DNA of 63,722 nt, filler included, from Globobulimina sp. (GCA_003354225.1; 47 parts of 47 records of this genome joined end to end with filler, not necessarily neighbours in it), one strand, 5' to 3'. Positions 1 through 12,131 are shown, numbered from the whole stretch's first letter. A program made the numbers and translations. The notes: generated by a model not told the origin, from the sequence alone.

Positions 1-1260
1 GTGCGCAAATTGGTGCAGTATTTTGTGAGCAAATTTGTGCAGTATTTTGTGCAGTATTTTGTGTAGTATTTTGTGTAGTATTTTGTGAGCTAATTTGAGC
101 CCTGTTCTGTGCAGTATTTTGTGCAATATTTTGTGCAATATTTGCTTCATAAATGGGTGGTGGTGGTAGTCCAATGGAGGCCACACCAATCTGTTCATCA
201 TTGACTCGTGGCGTGGAAGCATTGGAAGCATTGTTACTGAGAGAATTTGCAGAAATGGTAGGCGTCATTGTGAGTGTAGGTGAACGCAATGAATATCCAC
301 GCGGTGGTTTGTAATGTGTGAGAGAGGCAGTGGGCGTATGGTTTTTCATTGGCGGCGGTGTATGTTCCGTGGTGGATGTATTCAAACTGTAGGACTTTGC
401 ATGAGTCATATTCTTCCACGCATTATCAATATCAATTAAATGATCTTCCACTACATCTCCATCCTCGTCGCTATCGTCCATGGTCGCCAATGTTAAATTG
501 GTGCGCGATGAAAAAATGCCTGAAATGCCCATTTTTTCTATGTAGAAATGCATGTGAAAACTACATAAAATATCTCAAGAAATGCCTACCTAATATCGAT
601 GTACTGCGTCTTTGTCTGTGTTTCTTCTCTTTTTTGTGTGATTGATTCACCACTTTATAAAAATCGTCTTTCTTAGGCTTGATTTGTGACTCTCTTTTTT
701 TGTGTCTTAATTTCTTATATTCTCCTCTTAATTTTTCAAATGTGATCTGCTGCGAAGATAGCTGATATTTCAAATTTGTGATTTGCTCTTTGAACAACGC
801 AATCTGTTCCTTATAATGCACCGATTCGGTCTCCATGTATTGCAAATCCTCATCGTACCTGAAATAAAACATAAACATATCACTCAAAAGCTGTGCAAAA
901 AATATACGATCTGTCAATATCAGCAATAAATACCTGGATAACATTACTTTCAACTGCTCAAAGGATGGAAAAGCATCTTCCGGATCCTGCTCTAACATAC
1001 ATAGGTCCTCTCTCAATCGCTCGTCATCTTCGTTCTCTTGGTGGATAATATGCGTTAGCTGTTGTTTCCGGATTGGCGCAGTTGAGTAGGACACGATCTT
1101 CTCGATAGTAGTCCATACATACGGTGCCTGCCTCGGTATGGTAGTCAAGCATTGCAATATACGCGTAAATTCATTTAAAAATCCATCCTCCACACAAGGC
1201 TGTTGCAGAAAAGCAAATAAATCGTTTGGATTTGAAACATCAATACCTACATATTTGTAN
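1..1260 (-). CDS. Formin-like protein fragment (FH3-like + coiled coil + low-complexity/poly-Pro region), spliced
   Basis: FTRILQCLTTIP...VWTTIEKIV resembles the formin FH3 region. GT-AG intron 520-589 joins ORF 561-1193 in frame to a frame open to base 1 containing LPPPP and QNTA repeats. Confidence 0.5.
13..143 (+). repeat. 12-bp tandem repeat (GTGCAGTATTTT variants), coding on the minus strand
   Basis: Repeated GTGCAGTATTTT/GTGTAGTATTTT; translates as QNTA/QNTT on the minus strand. Confidence 0.85.
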
Positions 1261-1359
1261 NNNNNNNNNNNNNNNNNNNNNNNNNNNNNNNNNNNNNNNN
1301 NNNTTAATTAATTAANNNNNNNNNNNNNNNNNNNNNNNNNNNNNNNNNNNNNNNNNNNN
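1261..1359. other. Artificial contig linker (first of 46; recurs about every 1358 bp)
   Basis: N-run + TTAATTAATTAA (stops in all six frames) + N-run, repeated between all contigs; contig lengths fall steadily from about 1260 to 1256 bp. Confidence 0.99.
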
Positions 1360-2618
1360 CGCTTTCGCATCGATGATTTGCCATTGTTTACTGCTAACTG
1401 AATAAATCCGATTATGTGTTAATTCTTTTTTAATAGCGCTATATTTTCGTTCAACATACATGTCGCCCAATGTACTTCTATGCACTTCATCGGCGGCGTG
1501 ATGTTTGAAAAAATGCAAACTTGAGGCGATTCCTGCGGGGTCATTATAGCGTGTGCTATTTTTGTATTGTTTGTGATAAAAAAATCTGCAGCCAAATCTA
1601 TATTGAACTGCCGATGCCGTTGTCAGTCCACGTGGCGGAACGGGTAACAAATTTGTTATTGCTCGAACACAAACGACTTAATCCATCACTCTTTCTGCAT
1701 CTATTCCTTTTCTCCATTGTTAATTTGGATATTATTGCAATCACTTTGTCTGCGCGTCGATCACCTTCCTTTTCATCATTGTTTGGGGCTGTTTTTATTT
1801 GAGAAATAATATCTTCTCTCTCATGTTCAGATAATTTATATCCAACATCAATTGTATGCAAATAATGACAATGGATACGATCGATTGATTGCAGAATTGT
1901 CATTTCTCGAATATTATTGGTAAAATATAATTGCTGATGTCTTGTTTCATTGCTCCTATCTCGATTTCGATGGTTCCTTTTCATGGCTGAACATGTTAAC
2001 AAATCACATGTGTTGTTTTTGTATATTTTGAATCTCAACAAATTATAAATTGCTTCAAATTGATGGGAATGACATTGAAGTAAATGGTTAAAATCATTTA
2101 ATACATTGACAATGTTAACCGATTGAAATATATCATCCATTTTAATATGTTTGGTATCATTGCCTGATTCTAATGCGTCAGTAAATGATTTGTATTCCAG
2201 TAAAATTTTATACACGTTTTCAAAGGCTGTACATCTAATAATTGATTGATTATTTACCAATAATCTTACAAATGTGTAAAATAAATGAGGTCTAATAACT
2301 GGTTTATATTCTCTCGATTTTACTGTGTTTATTAAGATCAAAAAGGATTGTAGTCAGTGTGCGTACTGTGGAGTTTTGCGCAAATATTGTGCCGTCACAA
2401 AAATACAAAATATTTTTTGTTGCGCTACAATAATTATTTTGTATTTTTTTGGCGCCACAGATGAATAATGGTGCGGACCGGATACCGTTTGAAATGTTAG
2501 AGTTTGCGACGATAATTGATGATGATAATTGGTTTAAATCTTGATGCAGAGCATCTGTGTCGTACTCTTCCTCTTGCAAATAATACAAAAATGATGAGAT
2601 TGTACTTGGATCAAATTG
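1360..2618 (-). CDS. Hypothetical protein of an expanded protist family, broken by frame changes
   Basis: Three overlapping ORFs (2304-2588, 1598-2341, 1360-1650) with family-like motifs EEEYDTDAL, DFNHLLQCH, IDRIHCHYLH, NKFVT and YRFGCRFFY. Confidence 0.55.
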
Positions 2619-3139
2619 NNNNNNNNNNNNNNNNNNNNNNNNNNNNNNNNNNNNNNNNNNNNTTAATTAATTAANNNNNNNNNNNNNNNNNNNNNNNNNN
2701 NNNNNNNNNNNNNNNNNNAGCGCATAAAACAAAAGGTTCGGTATCTCAATGATAGAGAATGCGTCTGCGATTTCGGTCGTGTCGACAGGTTTACCTGCAT
2801 CCATATGGTGGTTACTAACCAAACTCTCTTTATTGGCCGTAGGATCTCGCGGTTTTGAGATCACCTGAAAATCCAACGATTTACAGGCCGTAATTTATCC
2901 GCATAATACAGTTCAACCAATGCAGAATCCAATTCGCAATGATTCCAATTTTTAACAGAATTTTGAATGGAAGAAGTAATATATCCCATCATAAAATCAG
3001 GGGAACCAACTTTACATTTAACCCAAATATTAAATTGATTACACATTTTATTATTTATTTCATCACCAAATAAACGGCCCTCGTTGGAGGGATAGAGTGT
3101 ATACTATATGTTATTTGATTTGAAAACAGATTGCTTTTG

Positions 3140-3198
3140 GAGGGACCATTTATGAAACAGATTGGTTTTAGAGGGACGCTTTTCATAAATGGTCCCTC
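3140..3198. repeat. Perfect 18-bp inverted repeat overlapping a ~26-bp direct repeat
   Basis: GAGGGACCATTTATGAAA (3140-3157) / TTTCATAAATGGTCCCTC (3181-3198); direct repeat TGAAA(A)CAGATTGnTTTTRGAGGGAC at 3121 and 3153. Confidence 0.9.
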
Positions 3199-3298
3199 TC
3201 GGAAACATATACAAATCATAAATATCCCTCTAAAAAGTATACTACAAAGCAAAAATAAACACAAAAAAAAAACTAAAAAAAAAAAACTTGAAAAAACA

Positions 3299-3360
3299 GT
3301 GATGATTGGGATTTGAACCCAAATCTTCTTCAAAAGATGCTCTCATTGAGCTATCATCAC
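3299..3360 (-). ncRNA. Miniature tRNA-like RNA, copy 1 (62 nt, truncated anticodon arm)
   Basis: Minus strand reads GTGATGA TA GCTC AATGA GAGC A TCTT TTG AAGA AGAT TTGGG TTCAAAT CCCAA TCATCAC: 7-bp acceptor stem, D arm, canonical T arm/B box, followed by TGTTTTTT. Confidence 0.75.
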
Positions 3361-3379
3361 AAAATATTTTGGTGAAAAG

Positions 3380-3800
3380 CTGCATCGATTATATGCACCC
3401 CCACGCTCTCTTTCATAAAATACAGCATCGATGATACGGCACTTTTCTCTTAATACGGGCATCGATCGATGCTTTTCTCTCTAAATACGGCACCTATAAA
3501 ACGGTGCTATGGCACCTCGCCAAAATAACGCATCGATCGATGCCATCTCTCTCCACATTGCACCTATAGATCGGTGCTACGGCATCTCGCCAAATAACGC
3601 ATCGATCGATGCCATGATTGCCATCCCATAATACGCTGCAGTTTGATCGGTGCAGAGCACCTCATACAATCCCATATAATACGGCATCGATCGATGCATT
3701 CCCACTCTCAGTCTCTCATAAAATACGGCATCGATCGATCGGTGCTATGGCACCTCGTAAAATACCATAAAATACGCCATAAAATGCAGGCATAAAATAC
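3380..3800. repeat. Irregular array of palindromic GCATCGATCGATGC / ATACGGCA repeats
   Basis: Several full and partial copies of the 14-bp palindrome GCATCGATCGATGC, usually preceded by AATACG. Confidence 0.85.
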
Positions 3801-3878
3801 ACCATAATAACGCCATTGGGCACTATATAGCCCATAATAACACCATCGGGCACTATATAGGCCCTCATATATCACTCT

Positions 3879-3977
3879 ATAATCCGCGGCGCTCTCATCG
3901 GGCCGCAGGCCCTCATATATTCACATAATCCGCGGCGCTCTCATCGGGCCGCAGGCCCTCATATATTCACATAATCC
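3879..3977 (+). repeat. 46-bp tandem repeat
   Basis: ATAATCCGCGGCGCTCTCATCGGGCCGCAGGCCCTCATATATTCAC starting at 3879 and 3925; third copy starts at 3971 and is cut by the contig end. Confidence 0.95.
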
Positions 3978-4077
3978 NNNNNNNNNNNNNNNNNNNNNNN
4001 NNNNNNNNNNNNNNNNNNNNNTTAATTAATTAANNNNNNNNNNNNNNNNNNNNNNNNNNNNNNNNNNNNNNNNNNNN

Positions 4078-4258
4078 CATAGTTTCGAACAGTTTCTTGA
4101 ATCAATAATTCTTCTCCAGTTAATTGCGAGGATAAGTTTAACGCATCGTCGACATTAAATATTGAGAAATTGGTCGCTTTGGATTGTAATAATCTCTGTT
4201 GAGACAGGAATATATGCTTAGTCTTAGCACCAAGCTTAGAACAAAATGCTTTCTGCAT
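4078..4258 (-). CDS. GCDH: Glutaryl-CoA dehydrogenase, N-terminal fragment with mitochondrial-type presequence
   Basis: FNVDDALNLSSQLTGEELLIQETVRNY matches the GCDH N-terminal pattern (F.W.DPL.L..QLT.EE..I...RY) after a basic presequence. Confidence 0.75.
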
Positions 4259-4312
4259 TCACTGTACAAAGGTTTTTTGTTTTCAAAAGTTGGACATTCT
4301 GTAATCTACACC

Positions 4313-5336
4313 ATGAGCACCCATAAATCAACATCAATGCAACCACACTCAAAGACCCAACCAAAATGGGTAATTAACGATCATATGGTAAAAAATCAAT
4401 TTATTCAGAAAACACATACCATTTCATGGACAATCGATTATCAATTAAAGAAAGCAATGAAATCCAGTTCAAATAATGAAGTATTTCGAAGTATTAGCGA
4501 CGAAGAACAAAAAAGCGATGATGTAATGTTTGTGATTGTTGCCAAAGCATCCAAGCAAATTTATTCCCATCCCGACATACAGTTTTTCATTGCAATCAAT
4601 AATCACAATTTAAATCTTAACATGGCATCAGTTGAAGTGCAATATACTTTAAAATGTTGGGAATTAAATATTAATCAAGCAAATAAAATTATTTTTGACC
4701 AAAACCATTTGGACTCATCGACTCAAAAAACTATCCGCAGAACGAAACTGCATAAATGCAAAGCAAATACCATTACAATACACGCTGAAATAGAAATAAT
4801 TAATGTTAACGAAGAAAAACAAAATACCAAAGATACCCGAAAAACAATTGACAAACAATGGGATAATAAAACGTGCAATGACGAATATGAAAAAATGAAA
4901 AAACGATTGATAGCAATTGGTTTTATCAACGACACGCACAGAAATTTTCCACGAGATATTAAAAATTTATGTTTTGGCTATTATTTTGATGGCTTGCTAC
5001 CAATACCAAATATAATACAAAATACAATCAGAATTAGCTGGATTTTGGACGATGAAAAATTAATTCGATGTATAATATCTTCGCCAAACGGAATGTTTTG
5101 AAATCACAGTCAATCCATGCATGCAATATTGACTGGCGATTGTTTTTATTCCCAAATGGGAGAAATGGAAACGATGTGGGATCGTTTGTATTGGTGGTCA
5201 AAGCATGTGATATTCCACAGCGATGGACAGCTGTTACAATGTGTATCACTGCGCAATGTCAGCAAACTATGTCTAAATATACAAGTATTGTCACCTTTGA
5301 CCGTCTAACCGCCGCTGAATATGATATTATTGGTTT
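4313..5336 (+). CDS. MATH/TRAF-like beta-sandwich repeat protein with an apparent 1-nt frameshift near 5092
   Basis: Two ISW-x-[IL]D segments; after the frame change, WRLFLFPNG...GSFVLVVK is MATH-like. Confidence 0.5.
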
Positions 5337-5436
5337 NNNNNNNNNNNNNNNNNNNNNNNNNNNNNNNNNNNNNNNNNNNNTTAATTAATTAANNNNNNNN
5401 NNNNNNNNNNNNNNNNNNNNNNNNNNNNNNNNNNNN

Positions 5437-5573
5437 TTGATCTTCTCTATAAACCCTTGAGAATATACTTCGTATATCTTCTCAAGGGGACTCAAGGGGA
5501 TAATTAAAAATGATTGATCTTCTCTATAAACCCTTGAGAATATACTTCGTATATCTTCTCAAGGGGATAATTA
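5437..5573. repeat. 77-bp-period duplication of a long hairpin
   Basis: CCCTTGAGAATATAC TTC GTATATCTTCTCAAGGG at 5454-5488 and 5531-5565. Confidence 0.9.
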
Positions 5574-7220
5574 CATCAACTGACTCATTAAACTGAATTT
5601 GTTTCAATGCTTTCTCAAATTTTGGCTCAAAATATAACTGCAAACAATGGCCGAGCGCTGGACAAATTTGAAATTTGTCGTTAGCTGGCACAAAAGACAT
5701 CAGATTATTGATTCTCATCATCATCATTCGATCTCCGTAATTGTCCTACATAATAATATGATTATTAAGGCATTTTTCTTTATATTTCAGTTTTGATTTC
5801 TTTGTATTATGATATTTAATATTAAGCGCACTGTGTTTTTGTTGCAACTCTTTATTCTTCACAGTTTTTTGTTGTAACTCGTCAATTTTAGCATGTAATG
5901 CTTTCTGTTGCTTGCGGAACGCATATCGATCATCCATATAATGGACTGGTTCACAACAACCAATATCTAACTCTTTTGGAGCTGCACTCAATTTATTCGT
6001 AATCCACGATAACTATATGGTATTATATAACAAAATTATATTATGCACAAACACGGAAACACAATTTTATTACACGCAAAATGTATATATTAACCTGTTG
6101 CAACACAGTACGATTGAACTCAGAATTTGTGTGTTGAATATTGTTGGTGTTGTTATTATTTGTGTTGCTTTCAACTTCTTGCTACTTCTCCTCTGATGAT
6201 ATTTTATCCGCGGCAGCTGTTTTTATTTTAATTATACAGTCTGACAATACAGTGTTGGTATTATTATTTTCTGTTTTAAATTGGTCATAATTAATATCTG
6301 CGAACGCTTCAAAGTCCAATTTCTTTCCTTTTGCTGTACTTTTTAAAAAATCCAATGCTTTTGCAACAGAATTATAGCGGGATACCCGTTTTAAATTATT
6401 ATTTTTGTAGTTATTATTTGATACTTGATATCTGTTTACGCTCTTAGTAAGATCTGTAATATGCAGGTTCATAGCCTGTACTCTCGGAAATATTGTTATG
6501 GGTTTGGCGTTACTTATTGGTGATGAACATTCTGATTCATCTGTGGCGGCATCAGAGTGACTTTCAGACATCTAATGGCGACTACAGGAGAGTGATTTGC
6601 CCAGAACTGGCTGCAAGTCGTCAAATTATTTAGGTTAAATTCCTTGTTTTTGGTTATTTTTCCAAATGTGCTCATTATTTCAATACAAATATAGTNNNNN
6701 NNNNNNNNNNNNNNNNNNNNNNNNNNNNNNNNNNNNNNNTTAATTAATTAANNNNNNNNNNNNNNNNNNNNNNNNNNNNNNNNNNNNNNNNNNNNCGATG
6801 CAAATTCAAAATTTTATTCTGTAGCTTTAACATTGGTTATTTTTTTGATGTGTTAATTAAATATGTTTGTTTTTTAATGTCAAAACGATGTTTTTTAAAT
6901 ATGTTGGTTTTTTTTTTTAGTAGAAAATCTACTTCAAACTAACAGATTAAAGATTATAAACAATATAAATGGATGTGAGAAAAGGATATTTTTATTGTGA
7001 CCGATTAAAGCAATTTTATTGTGATGGATGTGAGAAAAGGATATTTTTGGTATATGTATGGGTGCAGAGAATGTGATTTCCAATTTTTTTTTTGATGTTG
7101 AAAAAATGTGTTAATGACAAATATTAAAATTATATAATTAACTTGACTTCAAAAATAAATTGAAAAAATTGAAAAAAAAGGTATAAAGAAAAAAAATAAA
7201 CAAATAAATAAATTAATATG

Positions 7221-8054
7221 TTATGCTTTATTATTATTATTATGGATGTTTTTATTAAACACAATCACTGCACAAACACACACGAAAAACACTGCAATCA
7301 TTAACCCGAATTGCACCCACACATTATCTGCAGCTGCGATACGGACAGATATTACTTCCTTATTTGTAGCAGTTTGAGGGTTACCACCAAACACATTTGC
7401 TTCCTCCGCAACATTAACTGCTTTAAATATTTCGTCACTCGATTCGTCACTCCATTCATATTTTCGTTTTTTGACTTTTTTCTTTTTATAAACTCGAGAA
7501 TTAGACGAAGATTCATATGAATTAGACGCAGAATCAGAATCAGAATCAGAGGCAAAATCAGACGCAGGTTCTACCGCAATATCTATGGATGGTACATGCT
7601 ATAATCACTGCAGCAATATCATAGTACGAGGTGTTTCCAATCGCAACCTCATAATCAAATGTTACGTTAAACGAATCTTCAGCAATATCCTCACATCGCT
7701 CTTGCGCATCTGGTCCCGGCACATATGTAATTGTTCCATTTCCATAATTTATCACAAAACCTGTTTCTGGCGAACCAAGCGATACAAATTCAAACGAATC
7801 TGCCAATAAATCGTTTTCAAATAAGTCTATAGTTTGTGATGTAAATTGATCAGTTGACGTTGCGTCATTTATTGCAAATTTTGGATCACAGCTAATGGTG
7901 ATCCATAATCGAACACTAATATCAAAAAGAAAATTTGAATCTTGTTCTCCACAGCCACCATTTACTGATCTTGATTTCAAGATAGAAAATTCCAATGGCC
8001 CATCAATTGCAGGTAATTGATAATCTGAGATGCATGGCGCAAATGTATCACACA
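7221..8054 (-). CDS. Surface protein C-terminus: cadherin-like/bacterial Ig-like repeat, Ser-Asp linker and C-terminal TM helix (frameshift near 7590)
   Basis: AINDATST...IDLFEND...GNGTITYVP...TFDYEV is the Big_9/cadherin-like pattern; the +1 frame continues to FGLMIAVFFVCVCAVIVF and TAA at 7221. Confidence 0.6.
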
Positions 8055-8154
8055 NNNNNNNNNNNNNNNNNNNNNNNNNNNNNNNNNNNNNNNNNNNNTT
8101 AATTAATTAANNNNNNNNNNNNNNNNNNNNNNNNNNNNNNNNNNNNNNNNNNNN

Positions 8155-8840
8155 GGTTCTGTACATTTAGGCATCGCTACCTCATAGCGTTTTTGTTCAG
8201 GTACAAACCGAATGTTTTTATGAAAGTCGGCCCTGGCTAATTCGTCATCGGTTGTAAAAGGACTGTCAAAAATACCGATATTTTCGAGTTTGCAAAAATT
8301 TTCCCAATTTGTATTTTCGACATTTTGGGCCAAATTGGCATGATAAATGTTAATCGGGTTGACCTGTAAGGTAGGTTCAACTTCGATCGATCCACAAGTT
8401 AACCATCCCAGTTTAGATGGAATGAGAAATACATTATTGTCCAATTTAATGGATTTGGCTAAATCCAGAAATTCCCAGCAGGCATCAGCTCCCAACAGAA
8501 TATGTACATCGACATCTTGTACTGTATCAGTTAGGGGTTCAGCCAGATGCAAGCCTTTTAACTTATCTTGATATCCTGATAAGTCAAGGGGATATTTCAG
8601 GATTGGTCTGGTGATATCCTCAGACACATTAGCTTGGATTTTAATGTATTCTCCACTGAGTGTTTTGATACTAAAGGAAACGAGTGGATACGATACAGTT
8701 TTGGCCTCTTTTTGACCAAAAGTCGAAATCGAGAAAACGTTATTTTCGATAGGCACTAATTTCAATTGATCGGATAAATTAGTTTTCATAAAAGTCTTCA
8801 CTAGCCATATCGAATAAAAGCCGAGCTCTCATTGAAACAT
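8155..8840 (-). mobile_element. BEL/Pao LTR retrotransposon polyprotein fragment (aspartic peptidase region), degenerate
   Basis: RARLLFD...KTF, ISTFG, LAEP...VHILLGAD, SKLGW..G, LENIGI and RYEVAMP are hallmark Pao motifs; frameshift just after the catalytic Asp. Confidence 0.85.
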
Positions 8841-9513
8841 TAGTTTCATCATCTACTTATACATGCGTCGGCGGTTAGTCTGTCCTTCCGTCTGAGGTCT
8901 ATACAAATCGTCAATTTGAGAGTTAGCGATTTAATTCTTTTTTTATTAAGTTCAGTATACTTCACAATCCAAGCACTCGACATTAGTTTTTTAAATTAAT
9001 GCTTAAATTAAATTAAATTAAATTAATTATTTGTTGATAACCGCGGATTACCGCAGTATTACCGCTGATTACCGCAGTTTACCAATTTTTTGCCCGCAAC
9101 GCCAGCAATTTACCAATTTTTCATTAAAACGAATAGGCGCAACACCGCTTTTTACGCTGTTAAAACAACGCCCGGGATACTGTACGTGTAATACGCGATG
9201 AGAACAGCGCCCGAACGTGAAATACGTTGCTGAACTGCTCCGAGCATAGGGCTAAAGATAAAAATTCGACAAATTAAATCACTTTAAAGTAAAATTCACG
9301 AAGCGACAACTTTATTAAAGAGAAAAAAGAAATTAAACACACAACACAAACGACACTTACATTATATGGTACTTAATATGTGCTTAATATTATCGACATT
9401 TTTTCGCCATCCTNNNNNNNNNNNNNNNNNNNNNNNNNNNNNNNNNNNNNNNNNNNNTTAATTAATTAANNNNNNNNNNNNNNNNNNNNNNNNNNNNNNN
9501 NNNNNNNNNNNNN

Positions 9514-10497
9514 ATACCAGTTTTACTCCGACCATATGCTGCCGTTTCAGTGGGGATTAGTTTTCAAGAATATCTTGATGTTATGTTAGAAGCTGGATTT
9601 ACGACCGTGCCGTTTTCGTATGGCATTGAATGGAATAAAGAGGATGGATGGAAAACATTCAATAATCCGTTAATATTTAAGCCATTTAAAAATTTTGCCT
9701 CGGATACTTTTCCAGTTTGTTACAAGTTTACGATGTCACCGTATATTGAACTTGTAATTGGAGTGATATTTTATGAGATTGTGGATGTCTCAGTGGCACC
9801 AACCATTTATTTAATTCCTCAAATTGAATTTCCAGCAAGTTGTGACTCAATGGATCAATGCGATCATTCACCATATTTGAGTAGGTTTAGTATGCAGTTG
9901 CAATTCAAAATATTTCTGCGATTGCAAGTTAAGAGAATTCGTCGTCGTTCAAATTTACCAACAATCGAGTTATCAGTGCAATTATTGTCGTTATCTGCTG
10001 ATTTATTTGATACATGTTTCGCGATGCCATCGTTAGGAGCTCCGTGCTGTGACACGTCAGGATTTACTACAATTTATGAGATGGCGTTTGATGATGCCTC
10101 AGCGGATTGGAATATTGACTTTGGGCAAATTAAAATTGTCCTGTCCTCTTTGCATTGCCCTTTAGAGTCTGGCGTCTGTTGGGAGTTAACAGCGCCGTCA
10201 CAAACAAGTACTAGTGTAGCAACCATCGGATTTCATGATATTCAAATATTGATTGATGTAAATTCTATTGGTGCAAATATTTTATGTTTCATTAAATATG
10301 GAACAAATGCTACCAACGATAAATTAGAATATCTCGCGCAAAATGGCAATAATGGTCCATTTATAGATAAAAGATTATTGTTATTTGGAAATATGTATAA
10401 CGACGCAATGTCTCTTAATATAAAATTAGGAGCGGGAGGCGGCTCGAATAATTATTGTTATTTTGCTAATATGCGAATAATCGGTCAATCCAATTAA
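9514..10497 (+). CDS. Hypothetical extracellular protein, C-terminal part
   Basis: 315-aa open frame from the contig start, with Cys-linked beta-rich segments; no family recognised. Confidence 0.6.
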   Translation: MPVLLRPYAAVSVGISFQEYLDVMLEAGFTTVPFSYGIEWNKEDGWKTFNNPLIFKPFKNFASDTFPVCYKFTMSPYIELVIGVIFYEIVDVSVAPTIYLIPQIEFPASCDSMDQCDHSPYLSRFSMQLQFKIFLRLQVKRIRRRSNLPTIELSVQLLSLSADLFDTCFAMPSLGAPCCDTSGFTTIYEMAFDDASADWNIDFGQIKIVLSSLHCPLESGVCWELTAPSQTSTSVATIGFHDIQILIDVNSIGANILCFIKYGTNATNDKLEYLAQNGNNGPFIDKRLLLFGNMYNDAMSLNIKLGAGGGSNNYCYFANMRIIGQSN

Positions 10498-10872
10498 TTT
10501 TATTTTTTGTACCTACATATTCCACTTTGTACTGATGTTTTGTGTGATTTTATGAGGCTGGGCGTTCTAAATAGTTACAAAATAGTTACACCTAACTATT
10601 TTCTAACTATTTTCGTGTCGTTGAGATCAAAAAGCAGTCTTCGTGTTGTTACATAAAAATGTATACAGCCAATGTTATAAATATAATAATTAGTCAAAAT
10701 CGTTTATAGTTTTATATAATTTTATTTGTAGTTTTATTTATACGTTTTTTTTTTATTATCTACCTTATTATCNNNNNNNNNNNNNNNNNNNNNNNNNNNN
10801 NNNNNNNNNNNNNNNNTTAATTAATTAANNNNNNNNNNNNNNNNNNNNNNNNNNNNNNNNNNNNNNNNNNNN

Positions 10873-12131
10873 AAAAATAGAAGAATAGAAGTGGTAAAGA
10901 TCCCTATTATCTAGATGCTAGCGGAGGCAATATAACATTTCATATTGGTGGAGATATGGCGCATATTGGGCCACATTTTAATATATGGCATCGAGCATTT
11001 ATTTTAGCATTCGAAAATTCATTAATTTCAATCGATTCCGCAATTAAAGGCTTGCCATACTGGTTTGTATACACTTTAACGATATATTCAGATAAATAAC
11101 ACGCCACTGTTTCCAATAAATACTCCGTTTAACTCAGGGATTTTCGTAGAGATATCATTGAACAAAACAGTAGCTTTGACTTATCGAACAGTGTTATTTT
11201 CAGTGATAAATATTTTGGCGATTATTCGACGCAAAATGACGAAACTAACTTTGCTGTCAGAAACGGGAAATTCGCGTATTGGCCAATTAATTCGTCCCCG
11301 GCAGAACTAGGCTGCTCTTCATTTTATCAAAATGCGTTTGGTTTATTACGTTCCAGAGATAACATAGAAAGTAATCCATATGTCACAAGATATGGTGGTA
11401 ATGTATGTGGCGATGAATTTAGTATTGGTGTGCTTGAAACATATGATTACTGTTTAAATAATATGACAGATTATACGGAGTTTTTTTATTGTTATAATTT
11501 TGATGTTCATAGCCGTGCTCATATTGGTGTTGGTGGCTCCAGACTGGCATTTATTGATCAGTTTAATGCCCCTTTTCCAGACTGTGTTGCCTGGCATTCT
11601 GGAGCATGGACGAAGGAAGTTAATGATATCAGAAAATGGGCGCAAATGTATGGTTGTTTTACATGTCCAACACCAGGGAGTTGTGAATATGATTCGCATT
11701 CTGATTCATATGAACTTTTTCAATGCGCAAGTTGTAATTTGACAGATGGCGATAATATGTGTGATATTGAAGGATATGAGAAGATGATAAGCGGTGTACG
11801 TGAATATCAACAGATTATTGGCGATTTTGTAGATCAAGGCACGAGTGTCAATGATCCGATATTTATGTTTCATCATTCAAATATGGATAGATATTTAATG
11901 GAATGGCAATTAAGAAATTATGAGCAAAGGCCGTATTATAATTATCCACTTACTGGCTTTCAATATGGAGTGCGTTTAAATGATATTATTTCTTACCAAG
12001 TGCCCTTTGCAAACTTGTTCGACGATGGTGTCGATATTGCATATACGATCAGGGATATTTGGGATGCGACAACTTTCATTGATGCACCGTACGCATATGA
12101 TACAATTTTAGATTTAATAAAACAGAAAAAA
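10873..12131 (+). CDS. Tyrosinase / type-3 copper protein (partial), intron 11063-11137
   Basis: CuA motif AHIGPHFNIWHR...LPYWDF (W split by the GT-AG intron); CuB motif HSRAHIGVGG...DPIFMFHHSNMDR. Confidence 0.92.

Noticed and set aside
3299-3360. Canonical tRNA-Gln(TTG)
   Set aside because: A 7-nt loop around TTG would leave only a 2-bp anticodon stem, and the second copy lacks U33; called tRNA-like instead.
5454-5565. Helitron 3' end or bacterial intrinsic terminator
   Set aside because: No CTRR terminus at the expected distance and no clear U-tract after the stem.
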